From the NCBI RefSeq assembly GCF_009914755.1, contig NC_060945.1: 64,000 bases of DNA, one strand, 5' to 3'. A program made the translations under genes and the position numbers. The notes beneath the pieces were generated by a model. The model was not told the origin of the DNA. It did no database searches and saw nothing but the letters and a program-made list of their open reading frames with translations. This document shows positions 32,271 through 45,299 of the stretch, piece by piece (within the stretch, counting starts at the first letter, position 1; each line of letters opens with the position of its first letter). Source of the stretch: the human T2T-CHM13v2.0 reference genome, Homo sapiens.

Positions 32271-32869
32271 AGTCCGGCAGGAGTCCCTGCTCTACTGAAG
32301 GGCTTTCTAAACGGGGGACTCGGAGCCCCAGACAGTTTCCTCCTCCTGGGCTCTGCTTTTACCGGGCTCTGGAGCACGTTCCTACAAACATCTTTACTCA
32401 AAACACTGACTTTTTCTGAAATGTTTGAAATAATTTAGCTTATTTCACAGGAGAAGCCACTATTTCTTTTCCAAAACAATTTAGTAAAATGGCTGTTTTT
32501 CATACCCACCAATTTCTAAGGTGAAATTTTGTGTAAAATAGACACACACGCTAGTCATGTGACACCAGCCAAGGTTGTTTGTGTGCCTAGTGACATTCTC
32601 AGCATCTGTGAAGCAACGAGTGTGCGCGTGCTCTTCCCAGGCGTGGGCTCCGCCGCACGTGGTGGAAGGAACTCTGCTCCACATTGAGGAGCCTGGTTTG
32701 GACACCAACAGGCTAAGCTCCCACATACCCCACAAACACCTGGCCCAGGGATCAGCCCTTCCAATTCTACAACGAGGTAAGTCACGGACCAGCACAGCCT
32801 CGGGGGCAGGTCCAAGACAACGGCTGTGCCTTCCGTGGCAGGAGCTTTCGGAACAGAGAGCACGTCATC

Positions 32870-33210
32870 CCTGGTACCAACCAAATTGTATCTTCTCTCC
32901 CCAAATTCATACATTGACACCCTAGCCCCCAGTGTGTCTGGGTTTGTAGTAAGGAGGTCATTAAGGTTAAATGGTGCCCTGAGGGTGGAGCCCTCATGAT
33001 AAGATGAGGCCCTCATGAGAAGAAATGGGAGAAGCTCTCCTCCTTTCTCTGCCATGTGAGGACACAGTGAGAAGGCGGCCATCTGCAAGCCAGGAGGAGG
33101 GCCCTGGGTCTTATGCTGCCAGGCTCCAGCTCTGTGAGCAAGTTCACTTCTGTTGTATAAGCCCCCGCTGTGTGGTTTTCGTTATGGCAGGCAGAGCACA
33201 CTAAGACGCA
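32870..33210 (+). mobile_element. MLT1 (A/B-type) MaLR LTR
   Basis: CCCCAAATTCATAC, GAGGTCATTAAGGTTAAATG, GAGAAGGCGGCCATCTGCAAGCCAGG, GTTATGGCAG...CTAAGAC. Confidence 0.8.
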
Positions 33211-34898
33211 CCTTGGCCATGCTCTTCTCTCCCTAGCAATGCTTCTCTTTTGCTGTGTAGTGAAGGTCAGCCATTGTTCAGGTAATTAATGCTCTCCCGG
33301 GTCTGGCCTCAGTAACTTTCTGGTGTTATCACCACAACCCCATCTTCAAAACCCAACGTCAGGCCAAGCTGACCCACACTGTGGATCGATTCATGGATGG
33401 ACCCAGATGCATGGGAAGTCCTGGGTACATTTCATGCCTTTTCCAGCAATGCAGAGGGGCCAGAGGGGTGCAGCCACACACAGGGGGCCCTCAGCTCCTG
33501 GAGTGCTAGCACTTAGCCCACAGGCTGCTCACTCCCCAGAGCGCGCTCTCTCTGCTCTCTTCTTTAGGTGAATGGTGCCGGCAGAAAGTTGTGTATACGT
33601 GCCATAGGTTCCTAATGAGAAGGGTCTTGGACATCACTCTCTCCTCTGTGGAGTTCAGGTTTCCATTAGAGTTGTACATTGCTCTCTAGGTCCCTGAAGT
33701 CTTCAATCGTTTTTTGTTTCATTTCATTATCCAGCCTTTATTGAAAGGATGCTGTCCAGGATGCCAGGTCCAGGCTTGGGAGAGGCAGAGCGAGTCCCTG
33801 TCTCTTGGAACCTGGGGCCCAATGGTCAATACAGTAATGAAATAAATGCAGTTGGACAAGCCAAGTGGAATAACCTTTAGAAAGAAGGCTTTTCCGTCTT
33901 CCTAAGGTTTTATCCAAAGCAAGCCGTGATGCCGGTGTGATCGTAGTCATGGCGGCAGTTCTGAAGCACACACAGATCTACCTTATCTTCCAAGGGCTGT
34001 TCCTGAAAGGCTGGCAAAGCCAACTTTCCCCATTGTACTTGAAAGCTCCTTGCAATGAGATCTGAGCTGCGGAAGTCACAGTGCAGAGGCAGGTGCTGTT
34101 GAAGGCTGTGAAACCTGAGTCATTTGAAGAAGGAGACGCGGGGAGAAGTGTCCCAGTTCAACCTCGGTGGATGGGAACTGGGTTTGAAGAGAACACCAGC
34201 CATGGCTCCAGGTGGGCCAATCACCGAGGAGACACACACGAGCCCTGTGTGCCACTGGGCATGAAAGTTTTCATCTTTTCCTGAAAACAATTGCTGGAGG
34301 TGAGCGCTGGTTCCTTCAGCTCTGAACTCCTCTTTTTCTGCCTTGTCTTTACTTCTTTGGTACAGCATTACTTGTCAGATGCAGGCAGGAAGAATAGACA
34401 TTTAGACACACTTCACACTCGGCTGTGAGCCTGGCGCTCCTCCTAAACATGCTATTCAAAGTGCTTGGCTGCCTGTCTCTGGCCCACACCTGCCAGCGTT
34501 GACAAGTGCCACTGAGTTCATGTCAACTCAGGCGCTTGTCAGAGGGAATCTAGACCAGGCTGGGGCTGAGACAGGTGGGCGATCCTCATCCCACTGCCTC
34601 CCACTAAGACATAACATTGTGTGGAACAAGGAAGGACTGGTTCAAAGCCACAGAGCTGGTTACAGGCAAAGCCGGAAGCAGAACCTCTAACTTCAGGCTC
34701 ACGTCAAAAATGCCCATAGAGTGCATTTTTTTCTGTTAAGATTTTAGAACTTTTTTCATTGAATTTAATCATTTCTGATATATTTGGGCTTATGCCTACC
34801 ATTTTACTATTTGTTTTCCATTTGTCCACTATGTTCTGTACCATTTTTTCTCCTTTTTGCCTTCTTTAGGATTTTCAAGTATTTCTTATGACCATTTT

Positions 34899-34928
34899 GA
34901 TAGACAGATAGATGATAGATAGATAGAT

Positions 34929-34965
<37 letters not shown>

Positions 34966-35029
34966 GATAGATAAATAGATAGATGCATGGATGGATGGAT
35001 GGATGGGATAGATAGATAGGTAGATAGAT

Positions 35030-35079
<50 letters not shown>

Positions 35080-35201
35080 GGAAGGATGAGAGAGAGATGC
35101 ACGGATGGATGGGATAGATAGATAGATGCATAGATGGATGAGTGGATGGGTGGATGGATGGATGAGATGGATGACTAGATAGATGAATGGATGAGATAGA
35201 T

Positions 35202-35242
<41 letters not shown>

Positions 35243-35368
35243 AGAGAGAGATAGATAAGACAGATAGGATAGATGGCTAGATAGATGAATGGACGAGGTA
35301 GATGATAGATAGATAGGATAGATGGCTAGATAGATGAATGGATGAGATAGATGACAGATTAGATAGAT

Positions 35369-35413
<45 letters not shown>

Positions 35414-35461
35414 GTAGATGAATGAGATAGATGGCTAGATAGATGAATGGATGAGATAAAT

Positions 35462-35503
<42 letters not shown>

Positions 35504-36427
35504 CAGATGATAGATAGATAGATGATAGATGATAGATAGATAGATAGATAAGTAGATGAATGAGATAGATGGCTAGATAGATAGATGAATGGATGAGATA
35601 AATGATAGATAGATAGATAGATAGATGACAGATGATAGATGATAGATAGATAGATAGATAGATAGGTAAGTAGATGAATGAGATAGATGGCTAGATAGAT
35701 GAATGGATGAGATAAATGATAGATAGATAGATAGACAGATGATGATAGATAGATAGATAGATAAGTAAGATGGATGAGATAGATGGCTAGATAGATAGAT
35801 GAATGGATGAGATAAATGATAGATAGATAGACAGATGATAGATGATAGATAGATAGATAGATAGGTAAGTAGATGGATGAGATAGATGGCTAGATAGATA
35901 GATGAATGGATGAGATAAATGATAGATAGACAGATGATAGATGATAGATGATAGATAGACAGATGATAGATGATAGATAGACAGATGATAGATGATAGAT
36001 AGACAGATGATAGATGATAGATAGACAGATGATGATAGATAGATAGATTAGATGATAGATAGACAGATGATAGATGATAGACAGATGATAGATGATAGAT
36101 AGATTAGATGATAGATAGACAGATGATAGATGATAGATAAACAGATGATAGATGATAGATAGACAGATGATAGATGATAGATAGATAGATGATAGATAGA
36201 CAGATGATAGATGATAGATAGATAGATTAGATGATAGATAGACAGATGATAGATGATAGATAGACAGATGATAGATGATAGATAGATAGATGATAAATAG
36301 ACAGATGATAGATGACAGATAGATAGATGATAGATAGACAGACAGATGATAGATAGACAGATGATAGATGATAGATAGACAGATGATAGATGATAGATAG
36401 ATAGATTAGATGATAGATAGACAGATG
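34899..36427. repeat. ~1.5-kb compound (GATA)n/(GATG)n/(GACA)n array with higher-order units
   Basis: Seen directly; recurring sub-units GATGGCTAGATAGATGAATGGATGAGATA and GACAGATGATAGATGATAGATA. Confidence 0.98.
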
Positions 36428-36470
36428 TCTTCTATTGATCCTGCCTCTCTGGAGAGCCCTGCCTAAGACA
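36428..36470 (+). mobile_element. 3' terminus of an MLT2 (ERVL) LTR
   Basis: TCTATTGATCCTGCCTCTCTGGAGAGCCCTGCCTAAGACA resembles MLT2 end CCTATTGGTTCTGTTTCTCTGGAGAACCCTGACTAATACA. Confidence 0.7.
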
Positions 36471-36999
36471 GCCACCTTGTCACCAGTTTCCTGTTTGTGC
36501 TGTCTCCTGTCTCTGGCCTGCACCTGCCAGTGCTGGCGAGTGCCACTGTGTTCACAGCAACTTGGGTGCTTCTCAGTGGGAAGCACTGGCCCCACCGGCT
36601 AACGCTTTTGCCATTGCCCGTGAGTCTGTAAACACGCAATTGTACTTTCAGCCAACCCTACTTTCGTGTGAAGCATTTCGTGGCATTCTGCCCCCAGGAG
36701 GATTTTCCTTCTGCATTGTCTTTGAGGGTCACCTGCTGGGTGGCAGTACCTTGGCCCCCACTTCTCACTTGTGTAGCCTACAGCCAGACCCTCTGCTAAC
36801 TGGGCCTGCCCTCCCCTTCTCCATTTGCTGGCCAGAGAAACCCCTGTGGCCACAGGTGTGGTGGAGGGAGGGCTAGTGAAGGAGCGGGACAGCTTCTCTT
36901 AAGTCTGAGCTATGTGTCTTCCAGGTGAATCAGGCCAGCTCTCCCATGTGAAAACTTCCACTCTACAATGGAATTCTGTTGCACGTATCCAAGTTTATG

Positions 37000-37390
37000 G
37001 TTCAGGTCTCATGATCACTTGGTGATCTCCTCTGTTTGGGGTTGCAGCACTCCCTTTGCTATAAAACGTGTCCCCGTTGGAGATGATGGGATGTGAACAC
37101 CACAGTGACTGGTGAGTGAGCTGTTCTGCAAATCCCAGAACAGCAGTGCCAGCAGAGGTGCGGAGGCCAGGGAGGACACATCGATTTGTCCCTGTGAGGA
37201 TGAAGGGCTGTCCCCTCCACAGTGGGAGGGGCTCAGCATAATTAATCTGCCACCAGGTCATCGGTTTGTCCCACCAGGGAAACGCTGGTGACTCAGCGTT
37301 TGTCCAAGACCTGGCACTCAGTGGGTTTGGCAGGCAGAGCGGCTGTAGTGAACTCAAGCACAGCCTCCGACATTCCACACATGCAAACTG
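37000..37390 (-). mobile_element. Decayed ERVL pol (integrase core) fragment
   Basis: DKPMTWWQINYAEPLPLWRGQPFILTGTN and SPTGTRFIAKGV parallel ERVL integrase DQPATWWQVDYIGPLPSWKGQRFVLTGID and SDQGTHFTAKEV. Confidence 0.85.
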
Positions 37391-37414
37391 CTTGGGGTCT
37401 TCATTATTTTAAAA

Positions 37415-37621
<207 letters not shown>

Positions 37622-38291
37622 TAGGCAATAGCTACATATCAGGTCCTGGGGCTGATTCCTTCCGGTAAAGATACCACATCTAGAGCCACAGGTGGGTTCC
37701 AGCGTCACCATGTGATCACATCTGTGAAGAAAGAGCCACTGTCACACTCTAAGATCCACCTGACTTTTGCACCAACTAAAAAGGGGTGCTACCTGGGCTT
37801 ATGGTGTAAATCCCCACCCCAGCGTTTCTCAGGCCTTTGCTGCTGCCCCAGCGTTTTGCAGTTTCCCCTGGGGTGCAGTGTAGGACTTGGTTAACTGCTT
37901 TGGCAGAGGTGTGATGTGGAGGGCAGATCCAGGGCTTCCACCACAGGCTGGATGTTTCTGCCCCCTACTTACACATATATGTTGAATTTTCTTCCTTACA
38001 TACATATCTCTTAGGAGGCTACCCACCTAATTCATTTTGTAACCCTGTGACCAGCTAGCCACTGCCACAGATCCCCACCAAACAGTGGGACCACCAGCCC
38101 TTCCCATTTTGATGGGGAAGTTGCACCCCCTTGTCTCTGATTGGCTTCTACTACACCAGGATTCTTCTTAGAAAGGCAGAGAACCCCCAGCCCTCCTGCA
38201 GACTGTCACTGTCTGAGCCCAGGCTTCGATGTGCCAGCCTAGCAGACTGTCAGCAGGTGCCACTCCAGAGGCTCCAGTCAACACACCTAAC

Positions 38292-38760
38292 CATTGGTTC
38301 TCAGCCCTGGCTGCTCATTAGATTCACGTGGGGGTTGTTTAGCAATCCCAACGCCCAGCCTGGCATGGTGGCTCACACCTGTAATCCCAGCACTTTGGGA
38401 GGCTGAGGACGGTGGATCACCTGAGGTCAGGAGTTCGAGACCAGCCTGCCCAACATGGTGAAACCCTGCCTCTACTAAAAATACAAAAATTAGTCAGGTG
38501 TGGTGGCATGCGCCTGTGATCCCAGCTACTAGGGAGGCTGAGGCAGGAGAATCACTTGAACCCAGGAGGTGGAGTTAGCAGTGAGCCAAGATCGTGCCAC
38601 TGCACTCCAGCCTGGGCAACAGAGCAAGACTCCATCTCAAAAAAAAAAAAAAAAGAAAAGAATCCTGATGCCGAAGCCCTGTCCCAGAAAACGGAATCAG
38701 AAGCGCTGGGGGTGGGACTGAGGCATCTATAGCTTATGCAGCTCTGCAGGGGGCTCCACT
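38292..38760. mobile_element. MER5A-type element split by an Alu (+ strand, 38358-38659)
   Basis: TGGTTCTCAGCCCTGGCTGC..ATTAGATTCAC before the Alu and GAATCAGAA..CTGGGGGTGGGAC after it; TSD AATCC(CAAC/TGAT)GCC. Confidence 0.75.
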
Positions 38761-39403
38761 GAGAGGTAAGGCCCAGCCCCGTCATCCTGTCCTGCGTCCC
38801 GGTGGCTGCCCCATGTCTCAGGATTGGCCTCATGGAGCTTGCGCATGTGCTTCTCTGGTTCCTGCCGACACAAGTGAGAAGGCCTCAAACCCTTTCCATG
38901 GATGGGAGGCCGCCTGCCCCAGGGGGTCCGTCAGGGCTGTGTTGCAGCCTGACTCCTCCCGGCTACTCAACACCTGGTCCCAAGCGGCCCTGGGGAGCTG
39001 GTTGGTGTGCAGGACCTCTGGCCCCACCCTGCCCCAGGCCTAGTTCATGGGAATCTGCATTTCAATGGAACACCCTGCGGTCGTAGAGACTGGGGTGCAG
39101 GTTATAGTCTGAGAAGGGAGGCGCTGGTCTCACTCTCACTGTGGGACTGGTGGGAGGAAGGTGGTTGGGGATGGTAGAGGGAGATGAGGATCTGGATGGC
39201 ATGAGCCAGTGAGGTCATGGCCTGTCCAGTCATTGAAAGTTGCCATGCAGAGGAGGCCTGGTGTCCTCAGACAAAGCAGCGAGGCTGCCTTGGGGGCAAA
39301 GGAGGCTCCGGACTTGGGAGTTCGAAATCTTCAGCACACATGCTCCAGTGCCTTCACCCCGTGTCTCAGGGTCCCACTTCACCCACCGGTGCCCTTCTCT
39401 CCA

Positions 39404-39608
39404 AGCGAGGTTCTCCACCCCACACCGGGACCACTGGGCCAGGTCATTCTTTGCTGTGGGGCCGTCCTGTGCACTGTAGGGTACTTAGCACCGTCCTCCA
39501 TCTCTGCCCACCAGACACCAGCCGTATCCCTCCAGCTGCGACAGCCCAAATACCTCCAGATACTGTCAAAAGTCCCCTGGGGTGACATCATCCTATTGAG
39601 AACTCTGT
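39404..39608. mobile_element. MER20 (hAT-Charlie)
   Basis: GGTTCTC...ATTCTTTGCTGTGGGGCCGTCCTGTGCACTGTAGG...TCCAGATACTGTCAAAAGTCCCCTGGGG...TTGAGAAC. Confidence 0.85.
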
Positions 39609-40879
39609 CACGCAGCCTGAGACCTGGCCACATGTGGAGTGTTCACCGTCTGCCCAAACAAGCAGAGCCAAGGGCTGGCCTTTGCGGCACCTTCTCTGGG
39701 ACTGCAGGTGACACGGGCTCCTTCAGAGCTGCCCCTCTGGTTCTTGACTGCAGGTCCGGCCACTGCAAGTTTTCCTTTTCCTGTGTGGGTAAGGAGAAGC
39801 CAGAAGACCCAAACTCTCTTCAATCACAACCATTGCCATAGCAACTCCGGCTTCTCTCCCAGCACCTCAGCCTCCCCTGCACGCCATTCCACACTGACAC
39901 CAGCAATGATCTGAGTCACGGAGAGGCTGCCGTGCCCCTGTGTACCCACGGCCCATTTCCCCCTGGCAAGGAAGTTATTCCATCTCCTCCAATATGTGAC
40001 CAACCTCATCCCTGACTCCACCTGGAGGGTCTGCCTTCTGGGCCACTCCTGTGCCAACTACCTGGAAGTTTCCAACAGAAAACGCATCTAGAATGAGGGT
40101 AATTGCTGGGGGGAGGGGCATTTGGAAAAGGACCATTATAAAGGTCTGGACAGGGTCCCGGTGAAGCCTAAGGGATGGTGTGGTGACCTGGAGCTAGTCA
40201 CAGTGGCACTGTTACCACCCTGCCTGAAAGGGGTGTCTGGAGTGGCCACCAGGACCTGAAAGAAGGCTGTCACATGTGGGAGGCTGCCCCAGGCAGAGCC
40301 GTGACCTGAAGCAAGGGAGAGGTAACTTCGGCCAGCCAGAGGCAACTTCCCAGGGACTGAGGGCCTGACCTCTCCATCCACCCTCCAAGCCCCAGCCAGA
40401 GCTCGCCATCAGCTGAACCCAACCAGAAGCCAGAGATCAGGGGCCTGTGTTGTGTCCACACTGGTGAGCCCAGGACCGGTGAAGTGGAGGAGTTGAGAGC
40501 CAACCTGGAGGGGCTGGCCCTGTGCACAGTGCTGCAGCCTGCAGGCCTTCCTGACGTCTAACCCCATTACCGGCAGCTTCGACCGCAGTTCTTCCTTCTG
40601 CTGGGGCGCTCTGCTTACCTGTTCAAGGCTGCTGCCTTCTCAAGCAGGCTCAGGTCAGAAGCCGTCTCCCTGGAGGCTTTCCTGACCCTTTACCACCAGC
40701 AGTGACTCCCATCCCCTAGCAGGGAAGCCTCATACAGGTAGGAGCCTTGTGCTCCTAACATCAGAAATGGTGCCAGTCATAAAATAAGTGCTCGACAGGT
40801 GTGTGTCTGCCTGCCTGCTGACTTCTGTGACTGAATGTATTGACATTTACCTGACCCAAACCTGCATCATCATGTAATA

Positions 40880-42510
40880 ATTCATCCACCCAGACTTGTA
40901 TGCCTCCATGCATCTATCCAAGCATACGCATATATACATACATATATACATAGGTCTAAGCACTCATGCACACATCTATCCATCCATCATCCTTCTATTC
41001 CTCCATCCATTGTCCATCTGCTCACCCACCCACCCGTGCATCTGTCCAAGCACACACGTACATCCATATATACCCAGATCTAAGCATTCATGCATACATC
41101 CATCCATCATCCTTCTCTCCATCTGTCCATTGTCCATCTATTCATCCACCCACCCACACATCAATCCAAGCATAGACATATACACAGATCTAACCACGTA
41201 TACACACATCTATTCATCCATCATCTTTCTCTCCATCCATCCATTGTCCATCTTTTCATCCACCCACCTATGCATCCATCCAAGCATAGACATATACACA
41301 GATCTAACCACGTATGCACACATCCATCCATCCATCATCCTTCTATCCATCCATTGTCCATCTATTCATCCACCCACCCATGCATCCATCCAAGCATAGA
41401 CATATACACAGATCTAACCACGTATACACATATCCATCCATCATCCTTCTCTCCATCCATTGTCCATCTATTCATCCACCCACCTATGCATCCATCCAAG
41501 CATAGACATATACACAGATCTAACCACGTATGCACACATCCATCCATCCATCATCCTTCTCTCCATCCATCCATTGTCCATCTGTTCATCCACCCACCCA
41601 TGCATCCATCCAAGCACACATATATACACAGATCCAAGCACTCATGCACACATCCATCCACCCATCATTCTTCTCTCCATCCATCCATTGTCCATCTTTT
41701 CATCCACCCACCCATGCATCAATCCAAGCATAGACATATACACAGATCTAAGCATTCATGCACACATCCATCCATCATCCTTCTATCCATCCATTGTCCA
41801 TCTATTCATCCACCCACCCATGCATCAATCCAAGCATAGACATATATACAGATCTAAGCATTTATGCACACATCCATCCATCATCCTTCTATCCATCCAT
41901 TGTCCATCTTTTCATCCACCCACCTATGCATCCATCCAAGCATAGACGTATACACAGATCTAACCACGTATGCACACATCCATCCATCCATCATCCTTCT
42001 CTCCATCCATCCATTGTCCATCTATTCATCCACCCACCCATGCATCCATCCAAGCACACATATATGCACAGATCTTAGCATTTGTGCACACATCCGTCCA
42101 CATGTGCATCTATCCGAGCAAACAAATATACATATATGCTGATCTAAGCATACATATATACAGAGTTAAGTATTCATATACACATCCATTCATCATCCTT
42201 CTCTCCATCCATCTGTTGTTCATCTATTCATTCACCCACGCACGCATTCACCCAAGCACAAATATATACATCCCTATATACACAGATCTAAGCATTCATG
42301 CACACATCCATCTCTCCATCCATCCATTGTCCATCTATTTGTCCACCCACCCATGCATCCACCCAAGCTACATATATACATTCATATATGCACAGATCTA
42401 AGCATTCATGCACACATCTATGCATGCGTCCATCCATTTGAGCACCTATCCACCTATCCATCACTCATGCATCCATGAATCGTTCATCCATGAGTCCATC
42501 AATCCATTAA
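40880..42510. repeat. Minisatellite/VNTR, ~106-122-bp CATC-rich unit, ~13 copies
   Basis: AGATCTAA anchor recurs at about 41077, 41187, 41301, 41411, 41517, 41631, 41745, 41851, 41957 and 42071. Confidence 0.95.
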
Positions 42511-43636
42511 CCTGCCCATTTAAGATAAATTAATAAGTTCTCCTATTTCTTTCAGCACCAGCATCCTCCCATCAGATACCTGTGGCTTGTAACATTAACC
42601 TCTTCTTCAACTTCTCCCTGGCTTCTTCTCCCAGAGGCTCATGCAGAAACACAGAGTGGCACTGAGCTGCAAATGCTGAGACTGAGAAAGCCTTGCCTCC
42701 TGTTGAGGTCTGCGAAGATCGCCTCCTCACCCAGGGCAAAACAGCTCCTTGGTCAGAGGGGCCGAGGGGAGCATCCTCACATCATCCCCTGGGGCGGGCA
42801 GGCAGGGCAACCCTCACTGGCCACAGCAGTGTTTCTTATTTGCCCCTCAGTTAAAGCACAGATTAGAACACAGGGAACCTTAGTGCATATTCCCTGGTTT
42901 TCATTTTGTTTATTTAAAGACAGTTCTTTTCCTTCCTCCGTGAGGCAGCTAAGTAGATTTAACAGTGATTCATTAAAGCTCTGTCTGCAGATCATCAAAT
43001 CAGTCAGTGGAAAGGTTTACATTGAGTCAAATCACTAGATATTTCCTCCACATAGTGATAAATTCCCAACGGTGAGTAGCTTTTCCACTGAAGCAAATGG
43101 TTGTTTTCATGTTCTGTAACACTAATACTGTAACAATGTACTATTGTGTAATATATTAATTACAGCCTGCAAGCATCATAACTCAGCTGAAGAAGCCTTG
43201 CGTAATTTTCCAAAGACGTTTTTGCCTTTTCAGTTTTGTGCCATTTCATACACCGTTGTCTTTTCTTTTCTAAAGCACAAGGCCAGCGTATTAAACCAAC
43301 CTGTCAAGAAGGACAAATAATGGCATTTATTGTGAGCATGGGTTGGTATCATTTTTTACCATGCAGCCCATGCACATAATTACATCAGGCCCATGTGCCT
43401 GATCACAGCATCTCTTAAAAGGATCAATCTAAGTTGCAAAATAAGACAAAGGAATATTTCTAAAGTATTAAAGGACTATGCATTTTCTTAAGCCACAATT
43501 ATGAGATTTTCACGGAGTAAGCCTCGGAGGCTGTATGTGTTTTGTAGGTGGGATTAGTTTAATCAGCCTCAGCCAGAATAAGACACTCGTGTCCAGTTCC
43601 CACTGGTGCTAAACCAGCTCGTGCATGGTACTCCAC

Positions 43637-43963
43637 AGCACACACACGGGCACACACAGACATATACACATGCACACACACTTACACATGCACACGCATG
43701 CACACACACAAATATACACACGCACACATGCACGAACACACATGCACACACACGCACACACTCGCAGACACATACACACACATACACACGCACACACTCG
43801 CAGACACATACACACACATACACACGCACACACAGACATACACACATGGACACACGCACGCACATACATGCACACACACGCAGACACATACGCATGCACA
43901 TGCGCGCATATACACGCATGCACACACACATGCACACACACACACGCGCGTGTGCACACACAC
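43637..43963. repeat. Imperfect (CA)n alternating purine-pyrimidine tract
   Basis: Seen directly. Confidence 0.95.
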
Positions 43964-45299
43964 GAGGAAAGCTGACTCCAGTGACCCACACCTCCTTCTC
44001 AGAAGTACCACAGCGCTGAGCTCTGATCTCACTTGCGAATTCTGATAAGAAGCGACATATCCTAGATGGGAAGGGGGCGTGTGACCATGAGGCGACGTAG
44101 CGTCTGCGCTGCATGGGAGAGGCGAAGGGAACGCAAGAGGCAGACGGTTTCTTCACCCTTCAGCAATCGGCAAAGGACAGCTCGGGTGTCAACAGACAAC
44201 TGGTGCTGAGGGTCACATAGCACGAGGACGTCACATGTTCCCTGATGGATCGTGCTGGGCAACTTTTGACCAAAATACCCAGGCCAGCTCCGCTGACTCT
44301 CAAGCCTCAGACAGGGGGGCTCCTGGCTACAGCTGCAGCTGACAGTGCAGGACAACCCCAGCCAATAGGGCAGCCTGCCCCCACGCTCACCCGCCCAGCC
44401 CCATTGCAGGAGGACAAAGCCAACAGGAAGAGCCTCAGCGCTACCCCAGAGGGAACCCTGTTCCAGGAGCTGACCCGGCACCCAATACTTTAATAATGCA
44501 CCAGTGTTACCGGCTGGACTTCTGGGGGCCCTGACCAGGCTCCCTCAGTCTGGCTTGGGGACTTTTCAAAGAGGCAGTCACTTTGGACGACAGGCAGAAC
44601 AAGGTGCCTTTCAACATTGTGCTTGCGAGTTCCGTTTTAACCCTGGGCTTCTCGTCAGGAGGCTCACAGCTTAACTCAAAATTAACGCATGGTCTTCTTC
44701 CAGCCCATGGAGGGTCTCTGTTCTTTTCACGCCCTCTCTGGGTTAAAGATTCTCTGGCTTGTCTGACAGCCCCTTCCAGTGTCTTTATATGTTTTCTCAC
44801 AGCCTTTGCTGGCTTGTGGAGCTGGGCACGCTCCTCGCCTCCCACACGTGAAAACATCCTTCCTATCATCTGAGCCTCGAAGCAGACCCGCGGCGTGCAG
44901 CCTGGGCTGAGAGGAGGAAATGAGCAGCTCTCCGGGCCCCTTATGGAACATTCTGCAGAGGAGTGGCTCAATTGTCCATGAATTTCATGGCTGAAGTTTA
45001 GCTCCTCAAACACTGCTGGGGCTCAGCCTCCTGGTCGGGGAGGAGGGACTGTTCTGCAGCCACGGCCTTGGAGCCGGGAACAGGGTCCCACCCGGACTCC
45101 CTAAATGGAAGCAGTCACATCCGATGTGCCCCTCCCCCACCCTCCCTCGCCGCCACATTCAGGTGGCTAGGTCCTGTGCGCCCACCCCCCGGCTGTCTGG
45201 CTCTCCAAACTTCCATGCACATGAACGTTGGAACCACACAATTCAGCACCGCATGGCAGGTGGCTTGGTCAGCTTCTTCACTGCTGGGGGGGAGGTAAC

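Noticed and set aside
33880-34299. Impression that putative exon G resembles GREB1-like or another known protein
   Set aside because: I could not align it to any sequence I recall; family left unassigned.
40896-42401. Overlapping His/Pro/Ser/Ile ORFs up to 249 aa
   Set aside because: Translations of the CATC-rich VNTR.
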